A stretch of 64,000 nt of DNA from Ostrea edulis (GCF_947568905.1 NC_079166.1:69626001-69690000); one strand, 5' to 3'; positions 1 to 9,686 are shown, numbered from the stretch's first letter. Numbers and translations are program-made. The notes: generated by a model not told the origin, from the letters alone.

Positions 1-601
1 CTAAAATAAAGCATTTATCATGTTTATAAATCCATATTTCTTTTATTTTACTTTTGAATCGTAAATAAAATAAACCTGATTTAACATTATTTCTTCATCA
101 ACAAAATCTTAGATGATATAATGATTGAACTGACCCATCATGGAATTAAATCCAGTTATAGATATGAAAGATGCTGTACACACAGCAGAAATAATAGATA
201 GAATCAATTGTAACTGATTGTTCAGATAGGACGAGGTCATAATCACAGGTAGCAATAGCTATATAGGTAATCGAAGGCGTGGACATGTTACATTCTTGAC
301 CAATCAGCTGCATCCAACAGACCATTTTAACTTCTGTACCCATTGTACCCTAGGTTATGTAGAGCCACCTCATGTAATTCTTACTTTCAATTTACATGAT
401 TTGTGCTGTACCCTTTCTGTAACTTTTGTATAAAGGAATATAGAGCATGTAACCTTGGGTACAAAAGAAGCACTTAAAAACTGAGTCCTTATTCCTTGCC
501 ATATATGTGATTATTTGGCAAATAGATATTGTTTAAATTGAACCTGATCAAAGCATGAACATTACAATAGATATATTGTTTAAATCACGGGCACTGGAAG
601 T

Positions 602-711
602 TAATGTAAATATATAGTATGTGCATGTATAAAAAAGGAGGGGGGGGGGGGGGGGGTCCATACCAAATGTGGATATATTTTTATACATGCACATACTATA
701 TATTTACATTA
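602..711. repeat. Perfect 34-bp inverted repeat around a poly-G spacer (tiny MITE-like hairpin)
   Basis: 602-635 taatgtaaatatatagtatgtgcatgtataaaaa is the exact reverse complement of 678-711; the spacer contains a G17 run (640-656); both ends are TA. Confidence 0.8.
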
Positions 712-1446
712 CAAAATTTAATCTGTACATACATGAAGCTGCGCTCGCTCAAACAGTAGCACCGTCAACATATTAATTTAAAAAATGATTAAAAAGGAAC
801 ATACCACACAGAAAATAGCTAGCGCAATCATGACTGAATTTGTTTACCGTTCAGGATTCAAAGCGAAAGAAAAAGTTACAATGCGCATGCGCAACTCTGT
901 AGCAGGGAGCTGCCGAAAGTTGAATTTTTATATTAACGACGTCGCGTCATACAAGTCATACAAAGAGATTTTAATTTAAACGATTACAAATTTTATTAAA
1001 GCACAAAATCAAACATTTATTTGATAGTTTTGACTATCCAAAATGTTAGATTTGTTCATAATGTTGATTTTAAAGATTTATGCTCGTTTCCGAATATTAC
1101 CGAGGTCATTCCGGAAAATACCGAGCTCTCGTGCTCAATTGTACATCAGCTACCTTAATAGATTCTAAGATAAAACAAGAAACAGATACGTTTGTTAACT
1201 TGCACAAAATTATTACACAGAAGTACTTTCTACTTACACAGTGCTATATGTAATGCGAGGTGTACTATGTTAGAACGTTTCCCCAATTTAACACCCCTTT
1301 GCCTGTTTGTGAAAGGCGACATAATTGGAGCGACATGTCCATTCAACGGAGGCTCTAAATGGCTGCAAGTTATATTAGATAATGCTGCACTGCAAGTATT
1401 TCGAAATACCAGAAAAACATTACAATTTTTGTAATCGTAGTAGATC

Positions 1447-1773
1447 TGCTGGTGGACTGTTAGTCCCCGAGGGTCTCTACAGCCCAGTAGCTAAGTATTT
1501 CGTTACTAGCTTGAAAATACGGATGTATATTTAATTGCTGTTATAAAATTTAGAAATTCATTTCAAAATTAAGGATTATCTCCCTCATGCATAGCTCTTA
1601 TCCTTGGACGAATTTGGCTCCACTTTTTGGCACGCTGTTTTTGGCTCTATTTAGCTCTAAAACTTCATAGTTATTTCGGATTTCAAACATTTCGGTTGAG
1701 CATCACTGAAGAGACATTATTTGTCGAAATGCGCATCTGGTGCATCAAAATTGGTACCGTATAAGTTTTACAT
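1447..1773 (+). mobile_element. Retrozyme-like ~350-bp repeat monomer carrying a hammerhead ribozyme
   Basis: Colinear with 51687-52013 and with the partial copy at 50924-51135; contains the hammerhead motif at 1696-1748. Confidence 0.8.
1696..1748 (+). ncRNA. Minimal type I hammerhead ribozyme
   Basis: Stem I TTGA-GCATCA / TGGTGC-a-TCAA; core CTGAAGA (1706-1712); stem II GACA-ttatt-TGTC; GAAA (1726-1729); palindromic stem III TGCGCA; AUC cleavage triplet ending at 1737. Confidence 0.85.
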
Positions 1774-2820
1774 ACTGTATGCTGACCATTGGAATTGTTT
1801 TGTTATAAGACAAATTTATTAGGAACCTCCAATAGACAGGGGTCTTGTACTGATCAGCCGATGCGTCTGTGTATTAACAGTTTCCCGGAAGGTTTTTGAC
1901 TCTCCAACAGCTATTGAATTGAAAATTTATATATGAACATATATCAATAGATTACAGATCGGGTTTGATTTTCTTGACTATTTTAAAGAGTTACAGACCC
2001 TGGACAAAAGAGATCGCAGGAATTTGACATTTTTCAGATTATTGTTGCCAGGGTTTATCCCTGCAGCTATTCATCTGAAAATTTATACAGAACTTATAAC
2101 AATGGGTTAAAGATCAACTTCAAGTTTGGGCTTTCCTGAAGTATGTTTGACAGAGTTATGGACTTGGAATGCGACAAAGTGCGAACCTTTTAAGATGCCT
2201 GCCACCACATTGATAATAGTACGCAGTTGTGTTATGCAATTATCGATATTTATGCTTATAAAGGAAGTTTCAGTTCACGTACATCATCAGGATCAACGAG
2301 TGGAAATGTTAGGTACAGATTGTGTATCTAATGAGCAGCAAGTTGTATCATGCCCAATTTGAAAACACATGCTATAATGATTCTGTTTTAGTGTAATACG
2401 TGAAAGGTTTCTCCAGTAGGGTTTCCGTTATAACCAATGCACCAAAAGTTTATTTGCAAAGTTTTTCCTGAAATGGCGAAAATAATTATTTCTCCCTTCA
2501 TTTCCTCCCCCTACTCAATCATCTAGGAGTTCCAGCGCGATCAGGCCTTTCTGTTAATTTCTGGATGTTTTCCTTAAAATTTGAGGAAGATAATTAGTCT
2601 TTCCCTCTCTCTCTTTCTGTTACGAATAAGATGTGATATATGAATTTCATTATGTACGTGAAATAGTACCCCGGTACACTTCCAAGGCATCATCAAGTGT
2701 GGAATGATTTCTGTATTTTTTCATGAGAATCGAAATTGACTTTTGCAGTTGTGATTGTAGTTTTGATATCATCAGTTTAAAAATCGCAGAATGTCCTCGT
2801 CAATAAATCATTTAAGCACT

Positions 2821-3133
2821 GTTTCGATACACAAAAGCTTGTTCTGCGTATGATCAGTTTTGAAATTGAAGCAAGCTACTGACAAACAACTTGGTATTAC
2901 AGGGGTTTCCACAGTCTCGTTGAAAGGCTTTTGAAATCGAAGCAGGCTACTGACAAACAAGTTGATATTACAGGGGTTTCAACAGTGTCGTTGAAAGACA
3001 GAATTTCCAGATTCTTTTGTCGTTATAACGATCTAAATATAGGGCCCACAGCGGGTGTGACCGGTCGACAGGAGATGCATATTCATAGGCACCTGATCAC
3101 ACCTCTTTTATATCCAGGGGTCCGTGTTTTCCC

Positions 3134-3181
<48 letters not shown>

Positions 3182-3250
3182 CCTTATAGGAATATTTGTT
3201 ACTGGAATTATGAGATTAATTACTATTCGTTATCTTCACCTTTTCATCTT
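2821..3250 (+). mobile_element. 3' fragment of a Penelope-like/non-LTR retroelement family with a (CT)n expansion
   Basis: Degenerate coding relic resembling RY..ACSAYDQF...LLTNKL.LQGFQQ.RLK; conserved tail ggggtccgtgtt..cccaactctc...ttatcttcacctt shared with at least 8 other loci; (CT)n at 3136-3178. Confidence 0.6.
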
Positions 3251-3275
3251 CTGAAAGGGCAGTTGAAATATAAGA

Positions 3276-3545
3276 TTGATTGATTGATTGGTGTTTTTCA
3301 CCACACTCAATCATTTTTAAGTTATTTGGTGGCGCCCAGTTTTTATTGGTGGAAGAGAGAAACCAGATACAATGTACCTGGGAAGAGACCACCGACCTTC
3401 CGAAAGTAAACTGGGAAACTTTCTCACTTACCGGCGCGAGCGGGATTCGAACCCGTGCCGACCAGAGGTGAGAAGGTGCCGACCAGAGGTGAGATGCCGT
3501 GTGATTCTGAGCGCGATGCTCTAACCACTCGGCCACGGAGGCCCC
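3276..3545 (-). mobile_element. tRNA-derived SINE, full length
   Basis: Minus strand has A box GTGGCCGAGTGG, B box GGTTCGAATCCC and a (CAAT)n tail; 12-bp TSD tgaaatataaga at 3264-3275 and 3546-3557. Confidence 0.88.
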
Positions 3546-4089
3546 TGAAATATAAGAAGAAATAGCAAATGTGGAATGAATGCCAAGTTCGTTAAAATAC
3601 AGTTGTACTAATGAGCCTTCCATACAAAGACATTGTTGTTACAAGCTTCGGCTGCTGGAACCAAAACGTTTTCTTCATGTAATCAATCTAATTCTTTTAT
3701 CACTTCTAATTTCCTAAGCACAGAAGGATAAATGTACTTTTGTTTTGATGCGTTTAATACGTGATTGTAATATTCCATTTATTTTGTTATCCATTCTGAC
3801 AGTGCATTAGGTTCGTCTTCTTTATATTTAATCCATCGTCTGACTTAATCTTCAATGAATTTCATAAAAGAGGTGGGATATTGTATGGTGTCTTTTATTT
3901 CATGTACATTGGAATTTATCGAATCTACATTTGAATGAAAATAAGTAATGCTAATACGTGTAGTTAGTTAAAACGGCGTCGACATATCTAAATGTCGAGT
4001 TGAAGGCCATAGCAAGAATATTTTTTCTTCATGTAAATGATTTTGAAAATTCTGTCTCATAAGAACACAAAACCAGATCCGTCAATAAT

Positions 4090-4383
4090 GAAACACGGTT
4101 ATACATGTACACTAATGTCAGAGTTTAATGTTCTCTGTGAAACACGGCTATACATGTACACTGATGTCAGAGTTTAATGTTCTCTGTGAAACACGGCTAT
4201 ACATGTACACTGATGTCAGAGTTTAATGTTCTCTGTGAAACACGGCTATACATGTACACTGATGTCAGAGTTTAATGTTCTCTGTGAAACACGGCTATAC
4301 ATGTACACTGATGTCAGAGTTTAATGTTCTCTGTGAAACACGGCTATACATGTACACTAATGTCAGAATTTAATGTTCTCTGC
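4090..4383. repeat. Minisatellite, 6 x 49 bp
   Basis: Unit gaaacacggctatacatgtacactgatgtcagagtttaatgttctctgt starts at 4090, 4139, 4188, 4237, 4286 and 4335. Confidence 0.95.
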
Positions 4384-5467
4384 GACTGCACACGGACTTT
4401 ATAAACTGCTTTCGGAAATGTAGATCAAAATATCCATAGATAAACGGATTTACTACGTGATTAATGATATAGGAGCGTCTCAAAATCACTAAGATATTCA
4501 ATAACACATCGTCCAGACGATACCAAAACTCGAATGGATCTTTGCTCGCAACAATTATTAAAATGAGTGCTGGAAGATAGGAAATGACGTAGAATACAAC
4601 AATGGTGATAAACATGGAGGTAAAGTTATGGCGCACGCGTCGTCTGTTTGAATTTTTCTCCTTGTATAGCGAGGTGTCCAGGACATTCTGAAAGTTATGT
4701 TTGTAGTTTGAATTGGCCTCATTTTCAGTTTTACTTGTGCTGTGTGGTTGCTCATCATCTGAGTTTGCCGCGTTTGTTGGTCCGCGTAATGTTCTCTTGC
4801 GTTTAGAGTTCCGAATGTTATGAAATCTTTTGTAAATGGTTATACCTATTGGAATATATAAAGCCACAGTGCAAGCCATGTTGATAAAACTTAACATCAA
4901 TTTCAAGAGAAAGTACAAACTGGAATATAGTCCAACACGCTCCCTCTTTACGCCACACAACGTAACGTTAATCTCCGTGTTTATCAAACTTACGGATCCC
5001 CGTGCTTGTCCCATAAAGTGCAGCAAAGGTAAAGACAGTATAATTGATCCCAAAACGGAACACATAAGACAAATTCTTCTTTTCGTTATTGTCATTTGTC
5101 TTCTATCTGGTCTGCACACTTTGAGGTATCTATAAACAGCTATCACAAGCAATATCAGAACAGATAGGCTTGACGTACACCAAGTGAAAAAGTACATCCA
5201 TTTACACAGGTCCTCCCATACGAATACCAGTCGATAAAAATTAACCAAAATGGGGAAAACACACCCGACCACACATGCTACCAAGTCCACTGCAGAAAGG
5301 AATGGGATGAAATACCTATCCGCGGTACGTGGCATGCGAAACGCATAAAAGTAGAGTGCCACTGCGTTTCCTGCCACTCCAAGAAACAGCAGAATTGATG
5401 TTAGCACTGTGTTGAAATACATTTTCTCACGGAATATCAAATTGTATTCTTCTGCTGTTGAATTCAT
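4370..5467 (-). CDS. Intronless class A (rhodopsin-like) GPCR, 365 aa
   Basis: Seven hydrophobic segments; GN in TM1, D in TM2 (SAVDL), LCK at TM3 start, IAVYRY (DRY variant), SYLP in TM6, NPFIY in TM7. Confidence 0.92.
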   Translation of the reverse strand: MNSTAEEYNLIFREKMYFNTVLTSILLFLGVAGNAVALYFYAFRMPRTADRYFIPFLSAVDLVACVVGCVFPILVNFYRLVFVWEDLCKWMYFFTWCTSSLSVLILLVIAVYRYLKVCRPDRRQMTITKRRICLMCSVLGSIILSLPLLHFMGQARGSVSLINTEINVTLCGVKRERVGLYSSLYFLLKLMLSFINMACTVALYIPIGITIYKRFHNIRNSKRKRTLRGPTNAANSDDEQPHSTSKTENEANSNYKHNFQNVLDTSLYKEKNSNRRRVRHNFTSMFITIVVFYVISYLPALILIIVASKDPFEFWYRLDDVLLNILVILRRSYIINHVVNPFIYGYFDLHFRKQFIKSVCSRREH

Positions 5468-6339
5468 ATTGTAGCTTCCAATTAATTATTACTTTGATAA
5501 GTTAACTCTTTGCACTCAAAAATGAAATTCCTTTCGCTTTTAAACTCAAACATACTAATATTCACACAAATTCCTTATTGGTTTTTAAAAGGCACAGAGG
5601 TCCAACCAAAGGAAAATGTATGTTTTTTTCTGACCTTGTTATTTTTACGATCAATGAAATGTGCTCTACGCTTGATGGCTTTGGAGAGGCTTTTTTATTC
5701 ATGTTATTTCCTTGTGAAATTGATCATTTGATTTTGATTACAAAATATTGAAATACAATATACTGACAACATTTTCGAACATATGTATTCATGTCTAGAA
5801 TATTTTGCGGCATCGAGAATTCAACTGTAACACAAAATTCATGCTTTCATTTGGTAACAGAACTTGTCATCCCCTAAAGACGCTTCGCCTGAGGATGGTT
5901 GGCACCGATTTTGGGGCAGAGTGTTCTTGGCATTTTCCTATTATTATTCAATGTTTGATATGATTTCATGATCATTTTCTATGTAGTCAATTTACATCTT
6001 TGCTAGTAATTTATTGGACTGTTTTAAAGTATAAAAGCAGCATCTCAGTGCGGTTGATACATGCATATGGGACGTCTCCAAATTAAGCAAGACGCCCAAG
6101 ACGTATTTTCTTAACCTGAATCATACTATTTACATGTAAATCGCAAATAATTTGGTTTAATTGTTAATGTGTATAATATGCAACTATATATAAATAAAAT
6201 GGAACAATTTATATGAAAATTAATTAATATTATAAGAATATTACAATTTTGTAGGGTAACATGCAAAATTGTCACCATCAGAAAAACCATTGTTGACCAC
6301 GGCGATGTATTTGATCTTCTATTGTATTCTTACCCTATC

Positions 6340-6592
6340 TCAGCCCCCCCCCCCTCCCCTCCTTGAATTGAGCATATTGGAAATTGAACTGCTTGTAGAT
6401 GCTTGTATGTGAATATGGCTAATCATGACTGTGTTGGTTTTTTATAAGAATTTTAAAGATGCTTCCCTATCGATTTTCCAAATACGGGTAAAACATTGAT
6501 CCTCAATTGTGGCTTCATACCACTTCCGAGGGTCGAACAATCTTAAAACTCCATAATTTGGGGATGCCTGGACATTATCACTAATCATGGCT
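6340..6592 (+). repeat. Helentron-associated satellite-like repeat, left part (interrupted by the Maverick)
   Basis: Degenerate monomer ttttaaagat...taaaacattgatcctcaattgtggc resembles aaaactttgatcccctattgtggc beyond the right Maverick end; left boundary approximate. Confidence 0.5.
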
Positions 6593-6954
6593 AGTAGTAT
6601 AACGCCTCCCGATAGGGGGTTCAACTGAGTGCACTTTTTATGCAAATGAGGTCAAGCAAGGGCGTCTTTTGATTGGTCAAGCGGTGTTGGGGTTAACGGA
6701 GTGGTTCAATATCTAGGACGGGGTTAACCCCAGCAGGGGTTGTAGGCCGGGTGTCGGGTGAATAGGGTGGCCTATGGCCGCTGGTCTAATTTTAGCATGC
6801 GGTACTTTCGCTTTGAGTTCCTGGAATGAGTTCCTGCTATTTTTCTGAAAATCGGTATAAAATCCAGTGAAATCCTGTGAAATCCTGTGTATTAAATCTA
6901 AAACAATAACACAAGGTTTTAAGTTGACATGTTTATTAAAGAACAATGGTACAA
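6593..6954 (+). repeat. Left terminal inverted repeat (362 bp)
   Basis: Reverse complement of 26704-27055 apart from one extra aatcctgtga 10-mer and about two substitutions. Confidence 0.95.
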
Positions 6955-6968
6955 GCATAGAACAATGC

Positions 6969-7040
6969 AAAACAGTTCAATAAGCATGAAAACAGTTCAA
7001 TAAGCATAAAAAACAGTTCAATAAGCATAACAGTTCAAGC
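6969..7040 (+). repeat. Subterminal ~20-bp tandem repeat (about 3.5 copies)
   Basis: aaaacagttcaataagcat repeated directly inside the left TIR. Confidence 0.85.
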
Positions 7041-7048
7041 ACAGTCCA

Positions 7049-7966
7049 TTACTTTCTGCTGAGTTTCTTCTTCTTTTTTGGCCGTTCTTCAGTAGGTGCG
7101 GTTGGATTCCACATCTCTAACGGTGTGTATTCTCTCTTCACAGGGGATTTTGAGCCAGGTACGGACCCAATCATCGCATCTATTTCCAGTTGTTCTTCTG
7201 GACACTCACTAATCCAGTGTCCTATTTTTCCGCATTTGAAGCAAGGATCCTTTTGTTTGGTTTTCTTGCTGGTCTGTTGAGAATCTGCTGACCTCGATTT
7301 CTTACTGGTCTGCGGATAATCTGTTTTCTGTGGGCAATCCGGCGACCAATGTCCTGTTTCTCCACACGTGTAGCACGGGTTAGCAGTGTAATCTGGAGTG
7401 TATTCCTTCCTAGGTTTTTTAGAAGTCAGCTCTTCCAGCTTCTTCAGTAGGATTATGGTATGATTTCCAATCTCATTACTCAGCACATTAATGCGGTTAA
7501 CGATCCCGTCTAGTGTCGTGGTAATGATGGCGAAATCGGTCCTGCTCATGGGGGAATCTTCTCCACCGAAGGGGAGTTTATCGTATAAGCCCATCTCCAG
7601 TCCCGTAGCATCCTGTGAATCGGGAAAATAGAAGCCTAATCCGGGGTCTGTCGGATTCTGGCTAGGGAGGTAATCCGAGGTTTGGGCTATCTTCTCTTGT
7701 CGAGCAACGTGGTCTGAAGGCGTGAGATTGAAGCTCGTGGTCTGGTTCGAGGTCTGGGCCATCTTCTTCTCTTCTCTTCTTCTTTGAGCAACGTAGTCTG
7801 GAGACGTGAGCAAGAAGTTCGAGGTCTTCCCCAGTTCAGTCTTCTGATCGTCACTCTTAGCTTTCTTCAGTTCAATGTAGTCTTTCTGTGGTCCCATCTG
7901 CTTCTGTACCAGCTGATCTATTTTCTTCTGAGCTTTGTCCACAAATTCTAGTTGTTTCTGAGCCAT
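7049..7966 (-). CDS. Double CCHC zinc-knuckle protein, 305 aa
   Basis: CYTCGETGHWSPDC and CFKCGKIGHWISEC fit CX2CX4HX4C; basic C-terminus RPKKKKKLSRK; TATA-like motif at 8019-8025 on the minus strand. Confidence 0.85.
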   Translation of the reverse strand: MAQKQLEFVDKAQKKIDQLVQKQMGPQKDYIELKKAKSDDQKTELGKTSNFLLTSPDYVAQRRREEKKMAQTSNQTTSFNLTPSDHVARQEKIAQTSDYLPSQNPTDPGLGFYFPDSQDATGLEMGLYDKLPFGGEDSPMSRTDFAIITTTLDGIVNRINVLSNEIGNHTIILLKKLEELTSKKPRKEYTPDYTANPCYTCGETGHWSPDCPQKTDYPQTSKKSRSADSQQTSKKTKQKDPCFKCGKIGHWISECPEEQLEIDAMIGSVPGSKSPVKREYTPLEMWNPTAPTEERPKKKKKLSRK

Positions 7967-8126
7967 GTCTTCTGGAAGGTGATTGAAGATCGAATGAGGA
8001 CTGACACTGGGGCTCCGCTTTTATAGCCAGCAAAATGTCTAGACTATTCTGTCTCGTGGGGGGCACGTGGGGAGCACGTGGTTGCATCATCTTTTTCTGG
8101 AAAAACCGGTTTCAGCTAGAACATCG

Positions 8127-8200
8127 CGCGACCAGCGCGTGCTAGTGCACTAATTGAACTTGAAAAGCCGGTTTCTCGCGACCAGCGCGTGCTAGTGCAC
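8127..8200. repeat. Direct repeat, 2 x 24 bp
   Basis: cgcgaccagcgcgtgctagtgcac at 8127-8150 and 8177-8200, each preceded by aaaa(g)ccggtttc. Confidence 0.9.
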
Positions 8201-8286
8201 ATTGGTACACATTGACTTTAGTGGAATGGAACTTATATTGGTGTTTAAAGTAGCCCTAAAAAGGGCTGTGCATGAAGTTTTTATTT

Positions 8287-8793
8287 TTAAAAATGGCCGG
8301 CTTCATACGCAGGTTCTTCTATATACACGTGTAAGTCATGATCTTCGGATATAATGTGTTGTACTAATTGTCGAGCTCTTCTCCCGGGGAAACGTATCTC
8401 TTCGACGGTTTCCCACATCCAGTGTGCATCCCAAAACAATACCCATACACTTCTCCGGTGGCGTGGTTTCTCCAGTCGAATAAATCCCGATACTTTTTGA
8501 GTGCCGTTCAATAACGTGTAAAACTGGTAAATCATGTACTGTATGAGGGGGGAATTTTTCAGGTACATGTCACTTAAACGCAGGTAAATATCCTCCACTG
8601 TTTCATGTGACCGCAATACATAGTCAAAACACCAATTTTTAGATCGGCCCCAGCGTAATGGATGGCGACATCTCTGTACTAAATTGTCCCAGATCTCCAT
8701 CTCGTCTACATAATCTTCCACTATGGTTAAATTCTCCACTGGTTGTATTCCCTGGCGGCGGCGTCTCGCTCTTAAAATTCTCCGTGTATCCAT
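8287..8793 (-). CDS. Protein with a CRESS-virus Rep-like (HUH fold) domain lacking catalytic residues, 168 aa
   Basis: RSKNWCFDY resembles RCR motif I (R..WCFT); YMIYQ...GTQKVSGFIRLEKPR resembles Y...Q.E...GTPHLQGY; FWDAHW resembles the AHWE segment; His of motif II and Tyr of motif III are absent. Confidence 0.6.
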   Translation of the reverse strand: MDTRRILRARRRRQGIQPVENLTIVEDYVDEMEIWDNLVQRCRHPLRWGRSKNWCFDYVLRSHETVEDIYLRLSDMYLKNSPLIQYMIYQFYTLLNGTQKVSGFIRLEKPRHRRSVWVLFWDAHWMWETVEEIRFPGRRARQLVQHIISEDHDLHVYIEEPAYEAGHF

Positions 8794-8828
8794 GACTGAA
8801 GGTCAGACAAGAATGACTGTAGAAAAAC

Positions 8829-8902
8829 CAGCTGACGTACAGGTGTTTGATCACGTGGTGCAGGTGTTTGATCACGTGATGCATAACCTTTACCTATAAA
8901 TA
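8829..8902. promoter_or_regulatory. Divergent promoter with an E-box cluster and TATA box
   Basis: caggtgtttgatcacgtg at 8840-8857 and 8861-8878; CAGCTG and TGACGT upstream; TATAAATA at 8895-8902, 31 nt before the ATG at 8933. Confidence 0.6.
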
Positions 8903-8932
8903 CAGGTGTTTTCTGAACGTTCGTTATTTACT

Positions 8933-9265
8933 ATGGGCGGCAGTGCTACTACGAGAATAAATGGATATAGTTATGTACTACAATGTATGAACGTGGCCTT
9001 ACATAATCCTCACATTCAAAATGCTCGTCAATTTGTACAACAGATGTCACCGGAGGTCAGAAATGTACATAGTTTTCAACGGATTGCTGATTCATTAGCG
9101 GAGAATACCAATACGGGACGTTTACTCATGATTTATTTGTATGCTGAGGAATTGAAACAGAATCTTCCAGACCAGATGAGTGACATTGATCGGATCTCAC
9201 GCGATTGTCTACAAAAAGGATTCGTGGAACTGATTCGTATGAAAGGAATGGCTGCCCTGTTATAA
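8933..9265 (+). CDS. Bcl-2-like alpha-helical protein, paralog A (110 aa)
   Basis: SFQRIADSLAENTNTGRLLMIYLY resembles BH1 (F..V..ELF..G.NWGRIVA.F); N-terminal MGGSAT is compatible with myristoylation. Confidence 0.55.
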   Translation: MGGSATTRINGYSYVLQCMNVALHNPHIQNARQFVQQMSPEVRNVHSFQRIADSLAENTNTGRLLMIYLYAEELKQNLPDQMSDIDRISRDCLQKGFVELIRMKGMAALL

Positions 9266-9304
9266 AACAAGAACGTTTTGGATTTTTTTTTCATTTTGAT
9301 CATC

Positions 9305-9658
9305 ATGGCTGAATTAACCAACAACGTTCTTACCGCTGTATTACAGTATTTCAAGGACTACAAAGAATCGGTGAACAACGCTCGTAGCGCTGCATTACAG
9401 TGTATCAAGGACTGGAAAGAAGAACAGCCGTTGAGATATAAATTCGCCATGAAGTTGGTGATCTTTTGGGAATTTCCTATGACCTTATATGAATATTCCG
9501 GCGTTTGCAAGCATATAGCCGACAACCTGAACAGAGAGTCTGGATTGATCATGATTTATACCATGGAGCAAGAATTTAGACGACGGGAACCTGAGAAGAC
9601 TGGGGCGATTGTAGCGATTACCGATCACTGGTTGGAAAAGGTGTATAAAAAAACCTAA
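9305..9658 (+). CDS. Paralog B of the small helical (Bcl-2-like) family, 117 aa
   Basis: FPMTLYEY...GLIMIYTMEQEFRRREPEKTGAIVAITDHWLEKVY aligns with paralogs C and D. Confidence 0.7.
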   Translation: MAELTNNVLTAVLQYFKDYKESVNNARSAALQCIKDWKEEQPLRYKFAMKLVIFWEFPMTLYEYSGVCKHIADNLNRESGLIMIYTMEQEFRRREPEKTGAIVAITDHWLEKVYKKT

Positions 9659-9686
9659 ACGTTTTCTTTTCCTTTATTCGTGGAGG

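Noticed and set aside
146-343. 65-aa ORF and the other short ORFs at 785-2362
   Set aside because: No recognisable motifs; they lie in AT-rich or repeat sequence
740-1160. Possible Kolobok-like transposon end (...tacatcagctaccttaa)
   Set aside because: No matching second terminus or TSD found in the window
3440-3545. tRNA gene suggested by A and B boxes
   Set aside because: No cloverleaf; continues into a SINE body with tail and TSD
2931-3623. ORFs of 107, 135 and 63 aa
   Set aside because: Chance read-through of the Penelope-like fragment, (CT)n and the SINE
4090-4383. CRISPR-like regular repeats (also 6969-7040 and 8127-8200)
   Set aside because: Units are contiguous with no unique spacers, and the context is eukaryotic with no cas genes
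6713-6970. 85-aa ORF in the left TIR, mirrored at 26744-26935 and 26688-26876
   Set aside because: TIR-derived; frames differ between the two TIRs because of the 10-bp indel, so not conserved coding
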